A DNA stretch of 52,162 nt from Prasinococcaceae sp. CCMP 1430 (lineage: Eukaryota > Plantae > Prasinodermophyta): positions 298,576-350,737 of the forward strand of contig RQSC01000630.1 in NCBI GenBank assembly GCA_013416795.1. The letters run 5' to 3'. A model generated the notes under the pieces. It worked only from the letters and a program-made list of their open reading frames with translations. It made no database searches and was not told where the DNA came from. This document shows, piece after piece, positions 1 to 12,227 of the stretch (its first letter is position 1; the number at the start of each line of letters is the position of its first letter). A program made the translations under genes and the position numbers.

Positions 1-3000
1 GCGTCGCCGGCGGCGACGCCCTGGCGGCAGACGCGTGTCGGCGACGCATACCAGTGCTGCACGCTGCCCGCGGCGCGGCCGCCGCCGGGGGGCGACACGG
101 GCGGCAGCGGGCAGACGGCGGCGGGGGACGCGGCGGGGGACGGAGGGGAGGATGCCGAGCGCCTGGCGGAGCTCTCCTTTGTCGGAGAGCGCGCCAAAGT
201 CAGGCGCAACGGCGACGGCGAGCGGCCCGATGACAGGGCGTGGAGCACCGAGGAGGAGGACGCGTTTGCGCTCGCAATGAAGGTGCGTCGTGGGCGCAGG
301 AGCGCCTAAAAGAGGGACGGACCGGTGCCAGCGCCCGCGGGCGTTGCTCTCGAGGCGCCCCCAACCCACCCTGCCTGAACTCCCACGCGCAGCCCACAAA
401 TGCACCTCTTGCGCCGACCGGTGCCCCCGCGGCCGCGTCCTGTGGGCCCCGTGCACGCGTGCCACACCGACGCCCCTTTTTGGGCGGGGGCGCACGCCTT
501 GGCGCCCCTTTTTTGTCCATGTGCCTGGCAGGCGTTCGCTCCGCTAACTCGTTGGCGCCGCAGCTCTTTGGCAAGAACTTCACGTCGGCGAAGTGCATGC
601 TCCCAGGGCGGAGCACATCCGAGCTCGTGCGCCACTTCTACGACACCTTCAAGCACTCGACCTCGTATCGTGCCTTCCGCTCGCTCGAGGAGCAAGGGTT
701 ACTGGTGCGTGCGGCGCTGCCGGCTCTCTCGCGCGTCGTGCGTCCCCGCGCAGCCACCGCGAGCAGTGGCGGCGGAGAACACATCAAAACACGCGCGCCG
801 CCTGTCCGGGCGATCTTGCGACCCCGCCATTGCGGTGGGCAGGGCGGATGCAGAGGACGGGCGAGCGTCCGCTCGCGAGAGCGGTGCACGCAGTCTTGTT
901 CGTCTGCGATGGGCGCTGACCCCCGCGCGCGCTCCCGCACACCCCCGGCCGGCGTCGCACCGGGGTGCTCCTCGCAGGGTTCGTCGCTGATCGACCGCGC
1001 GCGGCGGCGGCTGATACTCACCGAGATGATGGTCACAGACGGGCTGAGCGAGGCGCAGAAGGCGGCTGCTAAGAAGCTCTCCCTCTCCCTCGCATCGCTG
1101 CCAGAGCCGCCGACGGCGGTGGCGCCGCCGCCTAATGCACGTTCGCGATCGGCGGGCGATCTCGTGTCGATTGATAAAGGCGGCAGCGCGCCGTCGACGC
1201 CTGCGGCTGTGACGCGCACGAATTCCGACACCGCGGTGGGGTGCATCACCGTGGGGCGCAGCGGGCGCGCCGAGGTCAGCGCACTGGTCAACCAGCGCGT
1301 GCAGGTGGAGGCTTTTCCCGAGGGCTGGACGGTCGAGGGCAGACAGGAGACCATGCGCGTCATCAAGATTTACTACGCGCCGGACGGGCGACGCTTTCGT
1401 AGCTTCAGGGCCGCGCTCATGGCGGCAGAGAAAGACTCTGGGACCACCATCGCGACGTCCGCCCTGCCACCAGCGGGCCAGAGGACGCCCGGCTCCGGTC
1501 CGGCGGAAAGCGCGGGCCTGACCTCGCCGACCAGCCAGGCTCTGTTTGGCCAAACGCCACCGCCGCCGCTGCCCCAGCGGATGCCATCGGCGCCACAGCG
1601 GCAGCCGAGCGTGAGGGTCTGTGACTGGTGGCGCAGCGACCCCTACCTTGTGCTCCGATGTGAGCCGCAGCTTTCGCCGACGCGGGCAAGCTGCCGTGGG
1701 GTCGTTTTCGCGCGAGACACTCGCTTCTGGCAGGCGCACGCGCTGAGCGGCGGCAAGCTGCGACTGCTGGGTCGCTTTAGATCGCGCGCTGCAGCGGCAC
1801 GGGCGTACGACCGCGCGGCGATGAGACGCGATGGCGCTCGCGCAGTGACGAACTTCGATGACTACGACCGCGTGGCGATGTTCGGCGAGCAGGCGGTCAC
1901 GGCTGCTGCGACGCCCGCGGTGAAGCTGCTTGAAGCCGAGCGCGTGGCAGAGGAGCTGAAGAAAGCAGAGGCCGAAGCCGCTGCGGCTGCCACGGCAGCC
2001 GCTGCGGCCGGCGCGGGCGCAGGCAATGGCAGTGCGGGGGCGGATGGAGCTGGGCAAGCCAATGGCGACAGCCGCGGGGCTCTTGGCGAGGCGCCCTCCC
2101 CTGTCGATGCCGGGGTCGCCAGAGCGTTGCAGGGCGAGCCTACCGCGCGCGGTCTGCGCCGTCGCAAGGAAATCGACTACAACGTCGATCGTGCTTGGAA
2201 AAAGGCGGAGCAGATTGCGCAAGGCCACAGCGGGGGTGGCAACGGTATCGGGAACGGCACAGATGGTCCTGCGCGCCCGCGGACCCCAGGCGAGGAGGCG
2301 CAGGCGATCGAGCGTGTCATCGCGGAGGAGGAGGTAGCGCTGGCGTCGCTCGTCGAGATGCTGGGACCGCTTCCGACGGAGGAGCAGCTGGCTGCGGCGG
2401 TCCCAAGCGCGGAGGCGGCGGCGTATGCCCAGGCGGCCTCGGACGAGGCAGTCACGCGTCAGGGTGAAGACATCGATGGTGTCAAGGTCAAGGAGGAAGT
2501 CGTGGACGACTTGTCCCCTCCTGCGGCGGACGGCAACGGTGTGCGCGTAGAAGACGATGCACCCATCTACAGGGCCCCGACAGGGCAGGCCGCGTGCACG
2601 GATGCCGCCGTGGTCGAGTGCAAGGAAATGCTCGCACTCGTTGAGGACAGTGCTTCCCCAGCTACGGCGCCGCGGCCATCTGCGTTCTCCGGCGGTCCCG
2701 CCGGCGCTGTCGTTGGCGAGGCATGCCGTGTGTGCCATCGAGTGGACTTTTACTCGCGCATCATTCTGTGTGACCGATGCGACGCCGAATTCCACCTTCA
2801 CTGCGTGAAGTCGCCACTGCTGGCCCCTCCAGCGGGCGACTGGTACTGCGACCAGTGCGTCTCTGAGGGTTGCTCGCCTCCGCCAGAGCTCTGGGTTCCC
2901 GCAATGTGCCGGCTGGCAGGGGCGTGCTCAGCGCGCGTTTTCTGCGCCGCCGCGACGAGATTGGTGACGCAGGCCGTTGGCAGCGACGCCCAGATCGAAG

Positions 3001-4811
3001 CCGGGCCGCTCAGTCCCACTGGCAAGGGGGTCGCTCCAGGCGAGAAGGGCGGCTCGGCGCGCAAGATCAAGTCCTCGTCGAACACGGCATCCAAGGCAGC
3101 CGCAGCTGCTGCGGCGGCTGCTGCCAGCGCTGGATGGGAGACGACCTTTTGGAAGGTCGTGTGGCCCGCGCTGGCGTCGCGTGGTTGGAAGCTTGAGCCC
3201 GAAAGTGACGCAGCGGGCGCAAAGCAGCTCTTCGTACCGCCGGGGGTAGTGCGCGGTGCGCCTGGTGTGAAGAAGCGCGTCCACTACTTTGATTTACCCA
3301 TCGGCGTGCTTGCATACCTCAGCAGGCGGCCCGTGGTGTTGGGCGAAGGGAAGGCTGCCAACGAGGCCAAGGCTGCCGTCACCGCGGCGCTGGCTGCTGC
3401 GCGCGCCCAGGGTAGCTCGGGCGGCCACGGCTGCGCTCCGGTGAGAGCCGCCGCCGCGCCCAGCGATGGTGCTGCTGCGGATGCGGAAGGCGACGATGGC
3501 AACATCCAGAACGAGGATTGCAACGACGTCGGCTCCGATTGGGAGCAACCCTCTCGCGATGAAGCAATCTTCCTTGCATCCGTGAAGGCCGCCGACGCTG
3601 CGGGGTGCCGCCGGGGGACTTCGCGCTATTCTGCGTACCAGATTTTGCACATGGCGCGCGATGAGAGCCTGCCCGCGAGACGCATCGTTGCTCGCGCGCG
3701 CGCGTTCGGTCTTCCCCTGAACTCGTCCGCGGCGTACTCTCCCGCTACGCTCATGGCATCGGCACTCCGCCACCGGCTGTTTGTGAAGGATCCAGACGAG
3801 AGCGGCGGCTGTGTTCGGTACGCGCTCGCCTGCAACATGAAGACCTCAGCGAATGTTGCAACGTGGAGGCATGGGCAGTGGCACCTCAAACACGGTGGTG
3901 ACGCCAAAGTCGAGTCTGATGACGATATACCCCTCGGCCGAGAGCTTGACGTGCGCGAGGTCGCGCAGCCGTGGGGGGGCGTCTCACAGAGGACTATACG
4001 CCGCAAGCTCGAAGACGGCCAGGACGAGGCCCCGCACGTGAAGCGTGCGCGTACCGGCCCGGCGACACATCTGGCCGACCACATGTGCTGGCGCGATTCA
4101 ACTGCCAAGCAAGTGGTTTTGTCCAAGGCAACGGCTGAGGAGGCCGATGCGGGCGCAGCTGCTGAGCCCAAGTCAGACAATGCGAAGACCTCAACTCTGC
4201 AGAGGCAGAGGCAGAGGCAGATGCAGGTGCAGAAGGCGGCGGCACCGGCAGCTGCAGAGGCGCCCGCGCCGGCCACGGTGAAGAAGCCATCCGTCTTGAT
4301 GGAGGCTCCTCTAGACCTCGGCATTGGCCCACCTGTGGTCAACAAGTCTCCTATATCACGTCGGCCTTCCGTGCCCGCGAGTGGCCCTTCCGGCGACGCC
4401 GGGTGGACGGATCGGGCGCCGCCTTGGGCGGCCGCCACGCAGGCTCTGCCCGCGCCGGAGGCGCAAATCCAGGGGTACCCTAAGGATTCAGTCCCTGTGC
4501 GGGCGTTCCTGCCCGCGCCCTACCCCGTCGGCCGACCATCCGTCAGCCCGACGCTGCCGCCCAAGCTGCGCGCCAAATTCCTGGCAGCCTCGCCCGAACC
4601 GTTGCCCATGAATGGCAGCGGTGGCGCGGCCGTGGACACCGCCACCGAGGCGCCAGGGCCGAAGGCACCTTCGGGCGCTGGTCACGCGCACGCCAGCGGT
4701 CATGGGAACGGCGCCGCGAACGTCAGCGGTAGCGACGGAGATCAGACCCGCAACGACGCCATGGCCGCGTCGCGCGAGTTCTGGAAGAAGCGCCGCTTTC
4801 TGGCGACGTGA
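1..4811 (+). CDS. Multidomain chromatin protein (ELM2-SANT, MBD, AP2, PHD, plant SANT-family W-rich domain, probable HARE-HTH); 5' end lies outside the window
   Basis: Frame 1 of 1-282 gives RVGDAYQ (ELM2-like) and WSTEEEDAFALAMK. Intron 283-563 (GTGCGT..CTAAC..CAG) joins it to LFGKNF..ELVRHFYDTFK (SANT). Probable intron 705-977. MBD-like PEGWTVE..YYAPDGRRFRS (~1311-1420); AP2 CRGV..WQA..LGRF..AAARAYDRAA..AVTNF (~1692-1860); PHD C4HC3 CRVC..ILCDRCDAEFHLHC..WYCDQC (~2724-2860). Stop at 4811. Confidence 0.85.
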
Positions 4812-4875
4812 GGGCGCGCTTGCTGCGCGTAACGCCAAGTACATTGCACAGATCTGCTGATTTTACCCTACTTAT

Positions 4876-6273
4876 TCATGGCATCGCCTTAAGCACGCGC
4901 TTGAATGCCGGCAGCCAAAAGGAGACCTCGTCCCAGTACGTAGTAGTGAGCTTGGAGAGAGCCGCAGTGACAGCGGCCCCGTGCGCGCGCCCTGCGTCCA
5001 GTTCTGCGGCAATCTCCGCGAGCGCGCCGACCGCATCCTCGGAGAGGGTGTTGGTCGCGAGTTCGTACGCCATACCGCCGAGCTTCCTCGAGCTGCTCTC
5101 GCGCTCGCGCTTGCGCATCGGTGGAAGCTCAGCAGTGGGCGGCCCATACGCGGCCTCGAGCGCTCGCGCTGTGGCTGCGACGATCGCCTTTGCAGCATCC
5201 GACGCAGCATTCATATCCACGCTCTCGACGGGGCCCTCCGGCGGGCGGGGTCGCGCCTTTGGGGCCAGCCAAGCGCCTCCACTGCATCGCACCGCGTTTG
5301 TCGTTTGCAGGCTGCCCGGGACGAGAGATTTTGGCGGCTGCTGCGCCGTCGCAACACCTGCGCTCGGCGCAACAGGCGGCGGCGCGCCCACCGCAGTCGC
5401 AGCAGCTGCGGCAGGGTTCGGGATCGAAGTCGCGTGCGTGTGCGTGGAGTGGGGGAGCGCGGCGGAGGCAATTGGGGGCATGAGGGGTGTGGAAGGTGCC
5501 ACCGAAGGCGGCGCAGCGGGCGTCATCGCGACTGGCGCGGCTGCCGCAGGGGGAGCGACAACAGCGGGGGCAGCTGCGGGGGGAGGTGCGGGTTCCACAG
5601 CAAATAAGGGCTGCGCCGCTGCGAGAGGTGCCCCAAATCGGGTCACAGCCCCCGCGACCTGGGGCGGTGACCCCAGCGCGGGGGGTGCGGCGAGCGACGC
5701 CTGCGGCGACACCTTGGGCGATGCGATCACGCCCGCCCTTGATGGCACTGGCACCGCCGCCGGCCGAGGCGCCGGCGCCGCCGCTGGCACTAAGGCCGGC
5801 GCCGCAGCTGGCAAGATCTGTGCCTGCAGTGGGGAGGGCGGCATCAGCGCTTCTGGTGCACTCATGGGCACGGGCATCAGCCGTTGCTGTATCGGCAACA
5901 GCGGCTGCTGCATTGGCATCTGTGGCACGTCTGTGCCCTGCGCGGCGGGTGGCGCGGCGCTCCAGCTGGCATTCACAGACGCTTGCGGGGAGAGCGACGG
6001 CGGTGAGTATGTCGGCGATGCGTATGTTGCAGGCTGAGGAGGCTGTTGTTCCTGTTGTTGTTGGTGGTGCTGCCCCCACTGCTGCTGCGTCGGGTACGAC
6101 CCGTGCACCTGCTGATCGGACGCGGGCGAGGTGTGCGCGCGCCCTGGCGCGGCCGTTCGCGCGGGCACGGCCTTGGCCTGGTCCTCCCCGCTAAGCCAGC
6201 CCCATGCCTTGTTGAGGCCATTCACCGCCTTGCGCGCGATCGCGTCGACGTCGATGCCGCCAGTATCGTCCAT
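4876..6273 (-). CDS. Proline/alanine-rich protein with C-terminal SRA1/Sec31 helical domain
   Basis: ATG at 6273 (MDDTGG). C-terminus KRERESSSRKLGGMAYEL..LTTTYWDEVSFWLPAFKRVLK resembles the Sec31/SRA1 C-terminal domain. No WD40 or alpha-solenoid region. Confidence 0.75.
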   Translation of the reverse strand: MDDTGGIDVDAIARKAVNGLNKAWGWLSGEDQAKAVPARTAAPGRAHTSPASDQQVHGSYPTQQQWGQHHQQQQEQQPPQPATYASPTYSPPSLSPQASVNASWSAAPPAAQGTDVPQMPMQQPLLPIQQRLMPVPMSAPEALMPPSPLQAQILPAAAPALVPAAAPAPRPAAVPVPSRAGVIASPKVSPQASLAAPPALGSPPQVAGAVTRFGAPLAAAQPLFAVEPAPPPAAAPAVVAPPAAAAPVAMTPAAPPSVAPSTPLMPPIASAALPHSTHTHATSIPNPAAAAATAVGAPPPVAPSAGVATAQQPPKSLVPGSLQTTNAVRCSGGAWLAPKARPRPPEGPVESVDMNAASDAAKAIVAATARALEAAYGPPTAELPPMRKRERESSSRKLGGMAYELATNTLSEDAVGALAEIAAELDAGRAHGAAVTAALSKLTTTYWDEVSFWLPAFKRVLKAMP

Positions 6274-7247
6274 GGCACGCGGGCCGTGCGGCGCTTCCCG
6301 CCCCCGTCGTAGGCGCGCAGGCGTGGAGGAGGGCGCGCCTGCGCCGCTGCGCCGCGCGCCTTCACCTACGTGCTGCCACCCGCGCGCCACTGCCACCCGC
6401 GCGCCACTGCCACCCACGCGCGGCCACCCCGCTTGCCGTCGCGATGCGTGCTGAGTGGCCACACAGCCCTGCCCGTCCCCAAGAGCGTGTGAGCGCTCTG
6501 TCGGGCAAGGAGGCGCGGGCATGCGGTGCGCAGTGGTACCAGAGTGTCCACTACGCGTACGTAGCGGTACGACCAATTGGTAGGGGTTGTGCTTGAGGCT
6601 ATGTGTTTGGTTGGGCGGCCGCGAGGTGGCGCGCGGGCGAATAGTAGTGTGGGACTACCGTGCTGTACCTGGGTACCGGTACTATCGCTCCGTCGGCGGG
6701 CGCTCTCTCCGCAGTTTCGCCTGGCGGCAGATCGCGCTTTCACTTTCGTGCGCGCGCTCCGTCGCGCGGCGCAGGGCAAGCAGCGCATGCCGGGCTTCAC
6801 GACGTCCCGTGGTCTCGCGCAGTTTCGCCGTGGCGCTCCGCAAAGAAACAACGGAAGAGAAAGAAGGAGGAGCCGCGGCATCGCAGCGGACATGTGTCAT
6901 GTTGGCGCCACAGCGGGCGGGGACCGCGGAGGCAGGGGCAGGCGACTCCGAGAACGACTGCTGCCACCCTTCCCTATCCCCCAACAGCCCGACTTCTGCG
7001 CCACATCCGCCTCCACTCCCCGCCGCGCGTCCCGCCCCACACGCCACAACCCTCCCACCCACCCCACCTACCTCCTTCACCCCTGCCCGCTCCTTCTGGA
7101 ACGGGCGGGGCGCGCGTGGAAAGGGGGCGGCGCGAGCGTGCGACGACCGTGCGAGGCGGGCGGACGCGTCGCTGAGGCAGGCCGGCAGCGAAGTGGGGAT
7201 AGGAGTGGGAAGAGCGCGCGCCGTAGGCATCTACACGCGCAGGCGCC

Positions 7248-9683
7248 ATGGTTGTATCCTTTGACGATGGCGTCAAGGAGTCGGAGCTGGGCTCCGTGAA
7301 GAAGGTGTCTGGACCAGTTGTGGTCGCCGAGAGCATGGGCGGCGCGGCGATGTACGAGGTGCGTCCACGCTGCGCAACGGCGCGACTACCGCGTTCGTCA
7401 TTGGCGGCGAGATGTGCTGCGCGAGCGCTCACGTGGCGTTGGTATTCTGGCTGTGGATGTCGATCGCGCCATAGGGCCGGTGGCTGCGGCGATCGCGTGC
7501 CGCCCTCTAGGCCCACCGCGTTCTGCTCATTCGGACACAGGCGCCAGCCCTCGTGCCATTTTTGTGCGCGCCACGCGTCGGCGCTCGCAACACCCGCGTT
7601 ACTGCAAGCGCTGCGGCCTGTCCCCGCCCAGAGCGAAGTGCGGACAGATTGAGGCGCGGCATCCGCGCTGACGGGGACGCCGACGCTTGTGACCCTCGCC
7701 TCGCTTGGCCTCACCCAGCTCGTGCGTGTCGGCACTGACAACCTCATTGGTGAGATCATCCGGCTCGAGGGCGATACAGCCACAGTGCAGGTGTACGAGG
7801 AGACCAGCGGCCTCACAGTGGGCGACCAGGTCGTGCGCACTCGCCAGCCGCTCTCTGTGGAGCTCGGCCCTGGCATCATGGGCAACATTTTCGATGGTAT
7901 CCAGCGCCCGCTGCAGACGATCGCCCAGGTCACGGGGGACGTATTCATCCCGCGTGGTGTTGCAGTACCGCCGCTCGATAAGAGCAAGATGTGGGAGTGG
8001 CACCCGGGCAGTACCGTCAAGTCCGGCGACCCGCTCACCGGTGGTGACATCTTTGGCCACGTGCACGAGAACAGGCTCTTGAAGGAGCACAAGATCATGC
8101 TCCCGCCTGGTGCGCGTGGCCGCGTAACCTATGTGGCCCCCGCTGGTGACTACACGATCAACGACACGGTGCTTGAGCTGGAGTTCGAGGGAGTGAAGAA
8201 GGAGTACACCATGATGCACACGTGGCCCGTTCGCTCGCCACGCCCAGTGGCACAGAAGCTGGGCGCGGACTACCCGCTTCTCACTGGCCAGCGCGTTCTC
8301 GACGCCTTCTTCCCATCGGTGCTGGGTGGTACGTGTGCCATTCCTGGCGCTTTCGGCTGTGGCAAGACTGTCATCTCGCAAGCACTCTCCAAGTACTCCA
8401 ACTCGGATGGGATCATCTACGTCGGATGTGCGTGTAGCGTTCCGTCATCGCCTGCCGCCATCGCCCATTGTGCGCCAACCCACACGCCCACCCACACCCA
8501 CACCCGTACCCACACGACCACTACACACACACATGCACCCACCCACCCACCCACCCAGTCCTCCCCCAGGCAGCCATTACCGCGTGCGCAGCACTCGCCT
8601 GCAGTCAAGCTGACAAGCCCACCGCGTTCGTCGGCATGCACGCGTGCTATAGGTGGCGAGCGTGGGAATGAGATGGCGGAGGTGCTCATGGACTTCCCAG
8701 AGCTCACCATGACCATGCCCGACGGCAGCGAGGAATCGATCATGCAACGCACCTGCCTGGTGGCGAACACTTCGAACATGCCAGTGGCGGCGCGTGAGGC
8801 GTCAATATACACGGGCATTACGCTCGCGGAGTATTTCCGCGACCAGGGCATGAATGTGAGCATGATGGCCGACTCGACAAGCCGCTGGGCTGAGGCGCTT
8901 CGCGAGATTTCGGGTCGCCTGGCAGAGATGCCCGCAGACAGCGGCTACCCTGCGTACCTCGCGGCGCGGCTCGCCAGCTTTTACGAGCGCGCTGGCAAGG
9001 TGAAGTGCCTGGGCGGGCCGAACCGTGAGGGCTCCGTCACGATTGTCGGAGCCGTGAGCCCGCCCGGTGGTGACTTCGCCGACCCGGTGACCTCGGCAAC
9101 CCTCGGCATTGTGCAGGTGTTCTGGGGGCTGGACAAGAAGCTGGCGCAGCGCAAGCACTTCCCCTCGGTGAATTGGCTGATCTCGTACAGCAAGTACACG
9201 CAGGCTCTTGAGAGCTACTACCAGGGCTTCGATCCGGAGTTCCTGACACTGCGCACTAAAGGTCGTGAAGTGCTTCAGAAGGAGGACGATCTCATGGAGA
9301 TCGTGCAGCTCGTCGGCAAGGACGCGCTGGCGGAGAGCGACAAGATCACACTGGAGACAGCGCGCCTCCTCCGCGAAGACTACCTGCAGCAGAACAGCTT
9401 CACTCCGTACGACAAGTACTGCCCCTTCTACAAGAGTGTGTGGATGCTGCGCAACATAGTGGCCTTCCACACGTTGGCAAATGCCGCGGTAGAGCGCACG
9501 GCGGGCGAGGAGCGCAAGATTACCTTCAACGTGATCAAGGCGCGCATGGGAGACCTTCTGTACCGCATCTCCTCGCAAAAGTTCGCCGATCCGTCCGACG
9601 GCGAGGAGTCGCTGGTGGCGCAATTCAAGGAGCTCAACAACGACCTCGCCGAAGCCTTTCGCCAGCTCGAGGAGGAAGACTAG
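7248..9683 (+). CDS. VHA-A: V-type H+-ATPase catalytic subunit A
   Basis: Exons 7248-7358, 7719-8427 and 8653-9683. Motifs [14 protein letters not shown] (Walker A), [22 protein letters not shown] and [10 protein letters not shown]. Confidence 0.97.
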
Positions 9684-9984
9684 ACACGTGCCTACAAACA
9701 CGCTTGCGCGGCGCCTGAATGGGCCGCATTTTTATATTCGAGAGGCATGCCTGCTTGCGCGCAGGCGCGCAGGTACCGAGCCCGCCAATACGCCTCTGCT
9801 TGGTCAACTATGAAAGCGCAGGCCTCAGTCGTAAACATTTCGATGATGGCATTCGCGCGTGGACAACGAAGTGCCTATATGCACGGGTTCGTTAAGGTCT
9901 GCGCGCGTCCGACGAGCGAACCGGTGATGTGGAGCCGCGCGTGCACGCTACCGCGTTTCCGATTGCTGAGTCCCTGGGGCGATG

Positions 9985-11517
9985 CTATCTGCCGGGCTCG
10001 GGCAGCAGTGGCAGACACGTCAGCGCAGACTGGTCGCGTACGAACACAGCTGGCGTGCCAATGTCGAGATCCTCGTCGTTCTCGTCGATGCACTTGCTCG
10101 ACGCGAACCCCATCGGCAGGCTCTTGCCATTTGCCGCCCCCGCCTCATCGTCCTCCCCGCAGATGTCGAACTCGTTCTCTTGCTCGACGTACTCCTCGTT
10201 CTCTACGAGCTCTTTGAAATCAGGCGCGAAGGCCGACCAGCGTTCGAGCGCATTTTTGGCCCAGATGTACGCGACACCCGTCTGCGCTATGGACACAAAC
10301 TGCGCTCGCACAGGGTGCCACACGATGTCGACCACGCCCTCCTTCGGCCCCTCAAGCACCTTCGCCTGCTCCTTGCTGTCCACGGACCAAACGTAGATGT
10401 GGTGCTCCGCTTTGATGGCCGCTGCAGCGGCCACGTACTCGCCCCCCTCGCTAAAGCACACGGACCGCCACTGCAGGCGGTCAACTACATTCTGAAACTC
10501 GCCCAAGCAGTCCTGCGGCAGCTGCACCTCTGGCGCACCCACAGGCGTCGGCGTCGCCCGACCGCTAACGCAGCCGTTGGCGTTGACGATGTCGGCTTTC
10601 TTGTCCTCCTCAATCAGCGTCGGCCCGGCCTGCGCAACAGCCTGCGCCCCGCCGATCGCCGCGCCGGCCGACCCACCGGCAGTCGCCCAACTGGCGGCCC
10701 CTTCGGCGGTGCTGCGCTCGGGGCATGCCATGAGCGCATCGACGGGCACCGTCCTGATGATCTTGTCCGTAGAGTTCACAAGGAGCGACTTGCCATCGTT
10801 GGAGATGCTCAGCCCCTTCACAGCGCCCTGGAAGCCCGGCATGCGCGCGCGCGCAACGATGGCGCCGCTCGTGGCGTCTACCGCCAACAGCGTCCCCCTC
10901 TGCACGTTCGCATACAAGGTCTCGCCGCTCGGCGAGAACACTGCGTAGAAGGCGATCGCCTTCTCGCCGGCGGCGGGGGCTTCGGCCGCACCACCAAGCG
11001 AGAGGGGCGAGAGAGTCGCCGCCGCGTCGGCGCCCGCGCTGGGTTGCCACGCTGCCGGCGCGCCTTTTGCATAGCATACGAGCCACGTGCCCGGCGCGCC
11101 TGGACGTTCAGAGATACTAGTCACCGCCTCGGCTGTGCCGGCCGCACGCGCCTGCACCTCGCCCGTTGCTGCGTCGCGCAGCCGCAGCGTGCCGTCCTGC
11201 GAGCCACTCGCCACGCGGAAACCATCCGCGGAGAAAGCTAGAGCGGTTATCTTGTCCGCGTGCGCCGCTCGTGCGCCCTCGCGCGCCAAGCCTCCGCCAT
11301 GGGCGCCTGTGTCGCCAGCGGCCTGCACATGCAGGTCGGGGGCGTGCGCGCGCGCGAGCCCGCGTGTGTCCATGTTCCACAGCAGGACCGTGCCGTCGAG
11401 GCAGCCGGCGGCGAGCACAGTACCCCACCTGTTAAAGGCGGCCGAGCACATGTGCGTGTCGTCGTGATCGAGCCACTCGTCGATGCACGCGGGCACATCG
11501 CCCATCACATCGACCAT
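9985..11517 (-). CDS. RBBP5: RBBP5/Swd1 (COMPASS WD40 subunit)
   Basis: AFNRWGTVLAAGCLDG, LLVNSTDKIIR, LEGPKEGVVDIVWHP and the hallmark WSAFAPDFKELVENEEYVEQENEFD. Likely ATG at 11517; the ORF upstream of it is low-complexity. Confidence 0.92.
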   Translation of the reverse strand: MVDVMGDVPACIDEWLDHDDTHMCSAAFNRWGTVLAAGCLDGTVLLWNMDTRGLARAHAPDLHVQAAGDTGAHGGGLAREGARAAHADKITALAFSADGFRVASGSQDGTLRLRDAATGEVQARAAGTAEAVTSISERPGAPGTWLVCYAKGAPAAWQPSAGADAAATLSPLSLGGAAEAPAAGEKAIAFYAVFSPSGETLYANVQRGTLLAVDATSGAIVARARMPGFQGAVKGLSISNDGKSLLVNSTDKIIRTVPVDALMACPERSTAEGAASWATAGGSAGAAIGGAQAVAQAGPTLIEEDKKADIVNANGCVSGRATPTPVGAPEVQLPQDCLGEFQNVVDRLQWRSVCFSEGGEYVAAAAAIKAEHHIYVWSVDSKEQAKVLEGPKEGVVDIVWHPVRAQFVSIAQTGVAYIWAKNALERWSAFAPDFKELVENEEYVEQENEFDICGEDDEAGAANGKSLPMGFASSKCIDENDEDLDIGTPAVFVRDQSALTCLPLLPEPGR

Positions 11518-12227
11518 CGCCGCGGTGTGCGGCAACTGCCGCCGCTGCTTGCCCCCGCCTGCGGCCCGCTGCCAAGTGCTGATCGGCGCAAGCGCGGCCC
11601 TGTTGCACCGCCTCTCTCCCAGGTCACCGCACCAACCCTCGCAACCGCCCTCAGCACGATCGTAGCCAACTCCACGTCCATCCCCCCACCACCACCACTT
11701 CCCACCACCGCGTACCACGTGAGCAGCTTGGAGAGCGTCACGGTCCGTTTGGCCTCCCTCCCCCCTCTCCCCCGCACACACCTGATGCACGCGGAGTGGC
11801 GCGAACTGCCGCGACCGGTGCGCATGCGCGCGTGCGCGGACGAATTTTCGTGTGCGCGCGCGCGCGCGTGCACGGTGCGGGGCGATGCGCACCGCAGTGG
11901 CGCCGCAGCGGGCGGGCTCGCGCGCCGCTGCATGGGCACGGCGCACAGCCTCTCCCTGATGCTGATGATGACCCTGCATCGCGCGCCCCTGTCTGCGTGC
12001 GCCCGCCCGTGCCACACCCTGCGGCGCGGCGGTGCACACCTCCTCGCGAGTGCCGTGGGCGGGGGGGTGAAAGAAGGCGCGCGTGCGGGCAAGGGGCGAT
12101 AGGTGGCGCACACACGCCGCTGTCGGGAGTGGCCCAGAGGGGTGAGCTAACTGGCGGGCGGGCGGGTGGCCTTTCCCAGTCGGAGCGCGTCGTGCCAAGC
12201 ACAGCCCGTCCACACCCGCCGTTTCCC

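Noticed and set aside
699-6037. Long antisense or alternate-frame ORFs (e.g. 699-2801 minus, 4808-6037 plus, and many similar)
   Set aside because: Shadow ORFs caused by stop-codon scarcity at high GC; no recognisable domains.
8428-8652. Mini-intein in V-ATPase A (the insert starts with Cys at the intein site)
   Set aside because: No C-terminal HN or intein blocks; canonical GT-AG ends and a branch point; removal restores YVGCGER exactly.
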